DNA of 64,000 nucleotides from Felis catus (Eukaryota). The stretch covers positions 166,410,001-166,474,000 of the forward strand of contig NC_058368.1 in assembly GCF_018350175.1 (NCBI RefSeq), written 5' to 3'. Shown piece after piece: positions 13,301 to 23,333 of the stretch. The notes beneath the pieces were generated by a model. That model saw nothing but the letters and a program-made list of their open reading frames with translations. It searched no databases and had not been told where the DNA came from. Both the position numbers and the translations under genes were made by a program. How positions within the stretch are numbered: position 1 is the first letter of the stretch; each line of letters begins with the position of its first letter.

Positions 13301-14167
13301 TTTGGGTTGAGGTGTCATCATTTTCATTGACTTCCATATACTTTTAAATTTCCTCTTTAACTGTTTGGATAGCCCATTCATTCTTTAGTAGGATGTTCTT
13401 CATTCTCCAAGTATTTGTTACCTTTCCAAATTTTTTCTTGTGGTTGATTTCGAGTTTCATAGCGTTGTGGTCTGAAAATATGCATGGTATATTCTCGGTC
13501 TTTTTGTACTTAGGGCTGATTTGTGTCCCAGTACAGGGTCTATTCTGGAGAATGTTCCATGTGCACTGGAGAAGAATGTATATTCTGCTGCTTTAGGGTG
13601 AAATGTTCTGAATATATCCGTTAAAAATCCATCTGGTCCAGTGTATCATTCAAAGCCATTGTTTGCTTGTTGATTTTTTAATTAGATGATCTGTACATTG
13701 CTGTGACATTGTGTCCATTGCTGTGGGGTGTTGAAGTCACCTACTATTATGGTATTACTATCAATGAGTTTCTTTATGTTTGTGATTATTTGATTTATAT
13801 ATTTGGGTTTTCCTACATTTGGTGCATAAATGTTTACAATTATTAGGTCTTCTTGGTGTATAGACCCCTTAATCATGAAGTAATGCCCTTCATCATCTCT
13901 TGATGCAGTCTTTATTTTAAAGTCTAGATTGTCTGATAGAAGTATGGCTACATCGGCTTTCTTTTGTTGACCATTAGCATGACAGATGGTTCTCCATCCC
14001 CTTACTTTCAATCTGAAGGTGTCTTTATGTCTAAAGTGGCTGTCTTGTAAACAGCAGATAGATGGATCTTGCTTTCTTATCCATTCTCTTACCCTATGTT
14101 TTTTGATTGGAGCATTGAGTCCATTGACATTTACAGTGAGTACTGAAAGACATGAATTTATTGCCAT
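10378..14167 (-). pseudogene. L1 ORF2 (endonuclease/reverse transcriptase), disrupted
   Basis: ORF fragments 13682-14167, 12697-12894, 12223-12567, 11823-12269, 11124-11591 and 10538-10747, separated by stops and frameshifts. Confidence 0.93.
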
Positions 14168-14288
14168 TATGTTGCTTGTAGAGTTGGAGTTTCTGGTGGT
14201 GTTTTCTGGTCCTTTCTAATCTTTGTTGCTTTGGTATTTATTTATTTACTTATTTATTTATTTATTTATATTTTCATCTTTTCTCCCC

Positions 14289-15160
14289 TCAGAGAGTCCC
14301 CCTTAAAATTTCTTGCAGAGCTGGTTTAGTGGCCACAAATTACTTCAGTTTTTGTTTCTCTGGGAAACTTTTTATCTCTTCTTCTATTTTAACTGACAGC
14401 CCTGCTGGGTAGAGAGTTCTTGGCTGCATATTTTTCTGACTCAGCACATTGAATATATCCTGCCACTCCTTTCTGGCCTGCCAAGTTTCTATGGATAGGT
14501 CTGCTGCAAACCTGATCTGTCTTCCCTTGTAAGTTAGAGACTTTTTTCACTTGCTGCTTTCATGATTCTCTCCTTGCCTGGGTATTTTGTGAATTTGACT
14601 ATGATATGCCTTGTTAATAGTCGGTTTTTGTTGAATCTAATGGGAGTCCTCTGTGCTTCCTGGATTTTGATGTCTGTGTCTTTCACCAGGTTAGGAAAGT
14701 TTTCCACTATGATTTGCTCACATAACCCTTCTACCCCTATTTCTCTCTCTTCCTCTTCTGGGACCTTTATGATTCTGATGTTGTTCCTTTTTAATGAGTT
14801 ACTGATTTCTCTAATTCTTAAATCACGCTCTTTTGCCTTAATGTCCCTCTTTTTTTCTGCTTCATTATTCTCTATAAGTTTATCCTCTACATCACTGATT
14901 CTCCGTTCTCCCTCATCCAACCTTACCACCATGGCATCCATTCTTGAGTGCAGCTCAGTTATAGCATTTATTTCATTCTATTTTTTACTTCTTTTATCTC
15001 TGCAGAAAGGGGTTCTAATCTATTTTTGACTCCAGCTAGTATTCTTACTGTCATGATTCTAAATTCTGGTTCAGCATCTTGCTTTTATCTGTGTTGGTTA
15101 AGTCCGTGGCTGTCATTTCTTTCTGCTCTTTATTTTGGGTGAATTCCTTCATTTTATCAT
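14289..15160 (-). pseudogene. L1 ORF1 (RNA-binding protein), disrupted
   Basis: ORF 14534-14941 has the ORF1 motifs RISDVED, KRNNIRI, IQEAQRTP and RHIIVKF. Likely ATG at 15160. Confidence 0.88.
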
Positions 15161-16629
15161 TTTGAAGGAAGAAAAGAAATTAATGAGTAGAAAAAATTAA
15201 AATTAAAAAATTAAAATTAAAAAATTAAACTCACACACACAAAATTGAATAAATGATGCTAGATCCTAGGTGTGTTTTGGTCTGGGGGTTAAAAGTGGCC
15301 TGATAGATTAAAAAAAAAGGGGGGGAAGAAGAAAAAATAATCACTTGAAAATTTGAAAAAATGAATACAATGAAGTAGAGTAAAATGAAATGATGGAAGT
15401 AAACTAGAATTTGAAAAAAAAATTACACAAAAGTAAAAAATATAGTAAAAAAATAAAGAAGTTATTTTTAATAAAAACTGAAAATAAAAATGAATTTTTT
15501 CTCTTTTCAAGAAAAAAAAAGAAATGAAAAAAAGAAGAAAGAAAGAAACAATATTGAATAGATGGACCTGCTAACAAACTGAAATACGACTGAAATTACT
15601 TCGTTTTTCCCCTAGAAGTCAGAATATGAAGCACTTTATTGTCCATAATTAGGTGGTGACACTTGAAGAGCAAGGTTGGCCCAGTTGGGCAGGGCTTATT
15701 GTAATGGCACCATTCTCCGCTAGATGTCGGTGCTAGTCTACTGGGGGTGGATTGTTTGGCGCTAGTAGGTGCATATACACATGCACGGGATCGGATCGGT
15801 GAAAATGGCATCACCCAGATACCCAGTCTCCAGTATCGGAATTCTGTTCTCCCCAATCAGCCATCACGCATCCATCCATCCTTGTCTTCAGCTTTCATCC
15901 ACTCCCTGCTTTTACACTGTCCATAACTGAGCCCCAGGTAGTACCTCTCTCCTGAGTTTTGTCTCAGATGTGGCTGTTTTCCCCGGGCCCTTACTTCTGA
16001 GGGACTGTGGCTTTGACCCTTTCCACCCCTCTGAGGGAGGGTCTCACCAAGCTATGGCCAAATATGGGCTGCAACCAGGAAAGTTAGCATTATTTTGTTG
16101 CTGCCGATTCCTAGAGACTGTGGTCAGATGCCAGCCTGCCCCAGAAGAAATTCGCGAGATAGTGTAGCAGCAGCATTTCAGGGATTATCGAAAATCTCAA
16201 CACCCATCTGCCACCAGGCTTCACCTTTAATGACCTTTTTCCAGCATCAGTGAATGTGGCCGCTCTCTGGTGTCTGCTGGGCCCAGGTTGCCTCACAGCC
16301 TCTACCAAATGTCCTTCCAGCAATGGAAACGCTTTTCCCTGTGTGGCCTGAGAACCTCCCAGACCCCACTCTATTCCTGGGGATTCACCTTTCCCATCAG
16401 AGCACCGCCAGGTATGGAGCTGTGGAGCTGCAGCCTTTGCGCTCCCCTTGTTTACAGTTTTAATGGAAGTTAAACCCTCTCCTCTCTCCTTTCTCCCTTT
16501 TTAGTTTAGGCCCTGCAGCTGTTTCCAATTTTCCACTTTCTCTCCAGCTGCTTTTGGGGAGGGGTGCTTTTCCCATATTCTCCCTCCTGCCCCCAGTCTC
16601 TGTCCTCTTTCTGCTCACAAAAGCAGTTA

Positions 16630-16770
16630 CAGTAAGGGGTGACCATCTGCAGACCAGCAAGACAGTACTCACGAGTACCCAAAGTCACAAGAGCGATGAG
16701 AAAAATACATCTCTGTGGAAGTCACTTGATCTGTGTTATTTTGTTATGGCAGACCTAGCAGATGAATTTA
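16630..16770 (+). mobile_element. MaLR (MLT1-type) LTR 3' fragment
   Basis: 'gagaaaaatacatctctgtg...ctgtgttattttgttatggcagacctagcagatgaat' matches the MLT1 3' terminus pattern. Confidence 0.65.
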
Positions 16771-16895
16771 CTCGGTTTTACTGTTACATAGGCATTCTCA
16801 TTTAATCCAGTAATTTCTCTGAGGATACCAAGCAGGCACAGAATTAATTCAAATTTGGGATTCATTGAAAGTGTTTTTAAAACTTATTCTTCTTA

Positions 16896-17158
16896 GGGGT
16901 ACCTGGGTGACTCAGTCAGTTAAGCATTCATTCAGCTCTGGATTTTGGCTCAGGTCATGGTCTCTTGGTTCATGAGTTTGAAACCTGCATCAGGTTCTGC
17001 ACTGACAGTACAGAGCCTGCTTGGGATTCTCTCTCTCCCCCTCTCTCCACCTCTCTCCCCCCTCTCCGTCTCTCTCCCCCTCTCTCTGCCTCACTCCCAC
17101 TCTCTCTTTCTGTCTACCCTCCTCTCAAAATAATTAAATAAACTTTAAAAAAATAAAT
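16896..17158 (+). mobile_element. CAN-SINE with an expanded CT-rich tract
   Basis: Head ggggtacctgggtgactcagtcagttaagc, long (CT/CCT) tract and A-tail. Confidence 0.92.
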
Positions 17159-17469
17159 GAAACTTATCCCTAAATATTTCCTGAAAGTATAGAATATGGA
17201 AACAAAATTACAAGTAACACTTGAAAAGTTAAATATTGAGCATATTAAAACTGATCAGTCTCAAACAATTTATTTGTAAAATTAAGGTATTAGAATGTAC
17301 ATCCCTTAATTCTGCAGTTAGTCTGACCATTTCATAATCCTGTTTTTTAAAAGTATATTTGGTAGTTCCTTTAAATGGCAATCATTTTAGTTTATGAAAC
17401 TGAAGACTATTGTCCTTTGTTGTGGAATTAGTCAATTTTAAATGCAAAAGGAAAGGCTGTATAGGTGAC

Positions 17470-17522
17470 CTGAGAATAATCAGCATCAATGCGAAAGTTA
17501 TCTATAGTTGTAAAATAATGAT
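17470..17522 (-). CDS. Candidate 53-nt internal coding exon of an unidentified host gene, (D)HYFTTIDNFRIDADYSQ
   Basis: Non-repeat DNA with a strong acceptor on minus: tttgtctTTGACctcctttttgtcctcttttttAG. Only one frame is open (phase 1 to phase 0), and a CpG is retained. The donor CAG|gtcacc is weak. Confidence 0.45.
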
Positions 17523-18136
17523 CTAAAAAAGAGGACAAAAAGGAGGTCAAAGACAAAAAAATTACTCTGGGGTAATGCCTAAAGCCAGCCACTGAATTAT
17601 GTATCTGGATTTCAGACTCCATCATTCTATTCTCCATCATAGAATAAAATCTCGGACTCATGCTCTTAGGTATAACTTTTTTCCTATTAACGTTACGATC
17701 TAACTGCTATATAAAATCTGAATATACAACACATACAATATATTGTAGGATTTAGGAAGATCTATAATAATGAGCTTCAATTTGGGCTTATAGGTGCATC
17801 ATTAAAAGTCATCCTCCTTCTGTGACAAATTAATAAATAAAAAAGTAGCATTTAAATGCCTAGAACAATATTTTACTCCGATGACCTTAGAGTCATAGTT
17901 GGAATTGATATGCATGATTCCACACTAAGAGCTTGTATTAATAGCAATCTTTAAAAACAACACATTATAAAAATGATTAGAAACCAATCAAAGATATCTT
18001 CCTTCTTAATGGTAAGCAATGATTTTATGACATCTCAGATCAATTTTTTGTTCCAGTTGTTCCAGCCCAGTTGTTAGTAGAACACATGTGATAATCACTC
18101 CATGAGCTCTATGAGTTTACAAGTTAATGCAAGAGT

Positions 18137-18138
<2 letters not shown>

Positions 18139-18174
<36 letters not shown>
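18139..18174. repeat. (CA)n microsatellite
   Basis: About 18 AC units. Confidence 0.97.
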
Positions 18175-18177
<3 letters not shown>

Positions 18178-18219
18178 GTTCGAGAAAGAATAAAATGGAG
18201 ATTTTAGTACTGTTTTAGG

Positions 18220-19110
18220 TACAGCAGCGTAGTCACTGAAGGTCTTTTGAGAGTGGCATTTAAGATGAAATCAGAATAATAAATGAAGTTTCAGAAGAGA
18301 AAGAAGAAAGGGAGAGATTTATCAACAGGAGAAAACATTTGGGAGTATCTTCAAAACTTGTCATTGGAAAAAAGAAATAAAATGTCAAAGGCAATGAAAA
18401 AACATAAGAGAGAGAGAGGAGAAAGGAGTTAAAAAATGAAGAGAGATATAAAGGTCAGGTAATCAGGTCTTGTAGTCCTATTAAGGAATTTAGATTTATT
18501 TTTCTAAATTAACAGGAAATAATAAAATATTTTAAGAAAGATTTAATACTAAGATTTATCCTAGACACTGTAAATTTAGCAGATATTGGTATAATCTATT
18601 GAGATACAAGGGATGTTTTTAAATATTGTTTTCTTTTTTTTTTTTTTTGAACCTATTTCAGTTAGGAATCAAGGTTCCAATGTAAGAAGTGTTAATATTA
18701 GGATAACTCTAATGCATCAGTATGAATATCCAGTTAGAAAGATATCTATAAGAAAGGTCTGGAAAAAATATTTTTTAAATATATGTTTTGGTAAACAGAA
18801 GAAATATAAAGTTATGAGAAAGGAAGAAATTAGCTGGATAAACTGTAGATATAAGGGAGAAGCCTTAGAAGGTCTGGAAAAGTAAACTGAAAAAAATATC
18901 TAGAAAGAAAATTAGAATTGTGTATGTCATGGCAGATATGGAAAGAAGGATCTAGGAAGGAGTGGTCAACTCTGTCATTGCTGGGAGGTCAAGTAAGATG
19001 AAAACTGAAAACAGATTCTTTTTTTGGCCATTGATGGTGATCTTGGAAGTTTTAGCAGAGGATTGGGAACCAAAGACATATCAAAATAGATTTAATGAAT
19101 GCATGAAAGC
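18220..19110 (-). mobile_element. Ancient L2 LINE fragments
   Basis: Purine-rich strand with L2-like motifs ('ggtcttgtagtcctattaaggaatttagattt', 'gaaggagtggtcaactctgtca...gaggtcaagtaagatgaaaactgaaa'). Confidence 0.6.
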
Positions 19111-19139
19111 TTCATATAAAATTTTTATAAAATTTTATT

Positions 19140-19905
19140 GAGAGACACTTATAAAAGCTTAAATAAATGGAAAAATACCTTATGTTCAGTGATCCAAAAT
19201 TCAATATTTTAATGATGTAAAGTTTCCTCTAAAATATCTATAGATTCAAAGCCATCTCTATAAAAACTAACAGATTTTACAAACATTATCAATATGAATT
19301 TTAAGATGTATGCATCAGGGGTGCCTGGGGGGCTCAGCTGGTTAAGCCTCTGAGTTCAGCTCAGATCATGATCTCACACTTCATGAGTTTAAGCCTTGCA
19401 TCAGGCTCTGCGCTGATAGCACAGAATCTGATTCTCTGTCTTTGTCTCTCTCTCTCTGCCATCTCCCATTGGTGTTGTCTCTGTCTCTCTCAAAATAAGT
19501 AAATAAGTAACGAAATAAACAAACAAATAAATAAATAAATAAATAAATAAAATTTATGCACAAGATTATCCAAGAAAATTTTGAAGAAGAATTGGGTGTT
19601 TAGAGGGACTTGACTTACCTGATAATAAATGTATTATAAATTTTTAGTAGTAAAAACACTGGTACAGTAGAGTGAAAAAATGATAAATTAATGTCAGCTA
19701 AGCAGAATACATAAACCTTAAACAAACTCATGCATACATGGACACTTACATTTGTATGTGCGTGTAACTGCATATTGGTGAAAAAAGACAGGATTTTTCA
19801 ATGAGTTATTATAGAACAACACTGTAAAGGATTTAGAAAATAATATAGTACACACCATCTTTATGTTTCCTGGATATGTTGAGACTTTTAAAACAAAGAC
19901 AAAAA
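19140..19905 (+). mobile_element. Ancient L1M ORF2 fragment, interrupted by a SINE
   Basis: 'aaataaatggaaaaatacc...tatagattcaaagccatc', 'gggacttgacttacctgatа...tattataaa' correspond to degenerate ORF2. Confidence 0.65.
19318..19552 (+). mobile_element. CAN-SINE
   Basis: Head ggggtgcctgggg and (AAAT)n tail. Confidence 0.92.
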
Positions 19906-19911
19906 GCATTA

Positions 19912-20042
19912 ACAGAATCGGAAACAGGCTCCAGGCTCCAGCCATCAGCCCAGAGCCTGACGGGGGGCTCGAACTCACGGACCGCGAGATCGTGACCTGG
20001 CTGAAGTCGGACGCTTAACCGACTGCGCCACCCAGGCGCCCC
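19912..20042 (-). mobile_element. Young CAN-SINE lacking its CT tract and A-tail
   Basis: CpG-intact head (reverse complement ggggcgcctgggtggcgcagtcggttaagcgtccgac) ends abruptly at ...gattctgt. Confidence 0.9.
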
Positions 20043-20838
20043 TCAAGCATTTTATTGATGTAAAAAGTCAGCCTTATACATAATTTTTTTAAATTCCTGC
20101 AAACCTGGTAGTTAATATCTTTCTATACTTCATTATTAGATAGTACCACGTTTTTAAAATATATTCTTAGCGCTAATAGTTTGCATTTGGAAAGTTGCTT
20201 TCTTCAAAATCCACTGTAGTATTGCAAAAATATGCTTATGGTAAGCAAATACTTACTGAGATCGAAAAGTTTAGCTTTCAGAATTTAGAGCAAAAATAAT
20301 TTCCATTTAAATATACATAATATTCACATGATTGTACTTAAGTTGGAAAGGCAATAGAAAGAGAATAACAACACTATATAACAGATTTTGCAGGTGATGA
20401 ACACATCCTACAATAATAAGGGGATAAAAATGTCATTTCTTGCTGCAATTCACTTATTCCTAGAACAATGTTTGAAAAAGACCAGTTAATAATAAAAGAA
20501 AGGGAAATTACAAAAACAAGGCAAAATTACCCTAACACCAACTGCCAAAACATTTTTTATATACCACTTTGGGTTTTTCCATCTTCACTGAAGTATAATT
20601 GACCAAAATTATTTATATTTAGGTTGTATGATGTGATTTTTAAGGTGTACAATAAAATGATATAATATATACATATACATTGTGAAATTACCACAATCAA
20701 CATAACTTACACATCTCTCATCTCATGTAGTTACTGTATTTTTCCTTTTTGGGGGAATGAGAAGGCTTAAAATCTGTCTTGTAAAGTTTTAAGTATACAA
20801 TAAAGTATTTAAAAAAAAATTAACATTTTTTTATTATT

Positions 20839-21450
20839 GGGGCGCCTGGGTGGCTTAGTCAGTCGAGCGTCCGACTTCAGCTCAGCTCATGATCTCGCAG
20901 TCTGTGAGTTCGAGCACCACGCCTGGGCTCTGTGCTGACAGCACAGGGCCTGAAGCCTGCTTGGGATTCTGTGTCTCCCTCTCTCTCTGCCCCACTCCTG
21001 CTCATGCTCTGTCTCTCTCTGTCAAAAATAAATAAACATTGGAGTACTACATGGCAATGAGAAAGAATGAAATACGGCCCTTTGTAGCAACGTGGATGGA
21101 ACTGGAGAGTGTTATGCTAAGTGAAATAGGCCATATAGAGAAAGACAGATACCATGTGTGTTCACTCTTATGTGGATCCTGAGAAACTTAACAGGAATCC
21201 ATGAGGGAGGGGAAGAAAAAAAAAAAGAGGTTAGAGTGGGAGAGAGCCAAAGCATAAGAGACTCTTAAAAACTGAGAGCAAACTGAGGGCTGATGGGGGG
21301 TGGGAGGAAGGGGAGGAGAGGTGGTGGGTATTGAGGAGGGCACCTGTTGGGATGAGCACTGGGTGTTGTATGGAAATCAATTTGACAAGAAATTTCATAT
21401 ATTTAAAAATAAATAAATAAATAAATAAACGTTAAAAAATTTTTAAAAAA
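20839..21450 (+). mobile_element. CAN-SINE inserted into the previous SINE; its own tail is split by an L1
   Basis: Head ggggcgcctgggtggc. TSD tttattatt(g) at 20830 and 21451. Confidence 0.9.
21040..21420 (+). mobile_element. Young 5'-truncated L1 (ORF2 end, 3'UTR, tail)
   Basis: 'tggagtactac...gcaacgtggatggaactggag...gggatgagcactgggtgttgtatgg'. TSD-like aaataaataaac(a/g)tt on both sides. Confidence 0.9.
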
Positions 21451-21979
21451 TTTATTATTGAGAAACATAGAGACACAGAGCATGAGCAGGGGTGGGGCAG
21501 AGAGAGGGGAGACAAAGAATCCGAAGCAGCCTACAGGCTCTGAGCTGTCAGCACAGAGCCCGACGTGGGGCTTGGGCTCACAAACTTCCAGATCATGACA
21601 TGAGCTGAAGTCGGTCGCCTAACCAACTGAGCCACCCAGGTGCCCCTACAATAAAGTATTAATACCAACAATCATAAGTACATTAGATCCAAGAATTTAT
21701 TCATCTTATAAATGAAAGTTATACCCTTTGATCATCTTCCTATTTCCTTACTCCCTAGTCCTATCACAACTTTTTTTCCACTCCCCGTTTCTATTTGTTT
21801 GACTTTTTTAGATTCCACATATAAATGATATCATAGAGTATATGTCTTTCTGTGTCTGGCTTATTTCACTAAGCATAATATCTTCCAGGTTCATCCATAT
21901 TATCACAAATGACAAATTTTCCTTCATTTTTGTGGCTAAAAATATTCCATTGTATATATAGATCGCATTTCCTTTATTC

Positions 21980-22183
21980 ATTTATTTTTTAATTAAAAAA
22001 GGTTTATTTATTTTATTTTGAGAGAGCATGAACAGGGGCAGGGCAGAGAGAGAGAATCCCAAGTAGGCTCTGTGTGGTCAGCACAAAGCCGGATGTGGGG
22101 CTTGGTTTCATGAACCATGAGATAATGACCTGAGCTGAAATCATGAGGTGGGAGCTTAACCAACTGAGCCAATCAGGAGACCC
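21980..22183 (-). mobile_element. CAN-SINE
   Basis: Antisense SINE body with ctttattc repeated on both flanks. Confidence 0.88.
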
Positions 22184-23281
22184 TCTTTATTCTTTTATTT
22201 ACAGACACTTAGTTTGTTTCCATGTCTTTGCTATTATGAATAATGTTGCATTGAACATGTGCAGATGTGTCTTCAAGATAGTGATTTCATTTCCTTCAGA
22301 TATATAGCTAGAAATGGAATTATTGAACCATGTAATCATTCTATGTTTAATTTTTTGAGGAATCTCCATACTGTTTTCTATAATGGCTGTACCAATTTAC
22401 TTTGGATTAAAAGTGATTTCATATTCTTATGAAGAAGATAGAATTGGACAAAATTTATGACTTAAATTAAATAGATTATACAACCATAGAGGAAAAAATA
22501 CAAATACAATAGTTGTTTCAGAGTATATGTATTTTAAAATTCATATACGTAAAATTTTGGAGATAGTTTAGTTATTTTTATGACTGCTTTATTATTCAAA
22601 AGATACACAGCACATGACTTAGAATCACTAAATATATGAATGAACAAAGAAAATATTATTGCCAATTATATATGTGTCTATATGTGTGTAGAGTTCTATG
22701 TACACTCTTATTTTTCACAATTTATTGGATTTCAGTGTCTTGTGGCAAAGACGACTCAGGTCTCTTTACTTCTCTCCATTTCTGTTCCAGGGCAACAGTA
22801 TTGCTAGGTTGTGATTATTTTGTGTCTCATATTTCACTGTTTTTCCATGGATAGAAGAAATTTATTCACATGGGATGGGATAAAAATGTGTCAGGTCAAT
22901 GTCTTTACTCCGTGCTCATATTCTACCACTAAATCACTGCTCATTCTGCCAAAACAAGAAACTAGTTCATTGATTTACAATATGAATGGCCTCTGTCTGT
23001 TGGTATAAACACACAAAGCAGAGAATCTTTCAGGACTTTGTAATAAAAAGTCTTGGATGTGAGATGAATGACCTACAAAAGATGAGGATATCTACCCCTT
23101 TCTTCACCTCAGTAATGTCTGTTCTGTGTGTAGAGAGTTGATTTCTGCTCAAGGGATATAAAACTGCCCATCTTCAGTTGCATCAAAATTCTTAGCAGTA
23201 TTAGGGGCTCTGAATGAATTAAGCTTTGTATATGTCCCTATACAGAAAGATTTAAAAGATTAAAAAAAAACAAATGCCTCA

Positions 23282-23333
23282 AGTTTAACTAGAGGGGTGT
23301 GTGTTTCTACACACACACCCCTCTAGTTAAACT
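23282..23333. repeat. Perfect inverted repeat: 23-bp arms, 6-nt loop
   Basis: agtttaactagaggggtgtgtgt (23282-23304) + ttctac + acacacacccctctagttaaact (23311-23333). The arms are exact reverse complements. Confidence 0.98.

Larger units (their letters stand above)
10137..16627 (-). mobile_element. Near-full-length decayed carnivore L1 (most of the 5'UTR, ORF1, ORF2, 3'UTR)
   Basis: Colinear ORF1 and ORF2 peptides in the ORF track (EN: NVNGLNAPIK...[18 protein letters not shown]-terminus: [16 protein letters not shown]). GC-rich 5'UTR at 15650-16627. Confidence 0.96.
20810..21646 (-). mobile_element. CAN-SINE (tail 20810-20838, body 21451-21646) split by later insertions
   Basis: 14-bp TSD tacaataaagtatt (20796-20809, 21647-21660). 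Confidence 0.9.
20575..22405 (-). mobile_element. Old L1 (L1MA/MB-like) 3' end hosting nested SINE and L1 insertions
   Basis: 'cactgaagtataattgac', 'tagattccacatataaatga', 'ggcttatttcactaagcataat', 'ttgaggaatctccatactgttttc'. Confidence 0.85.
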
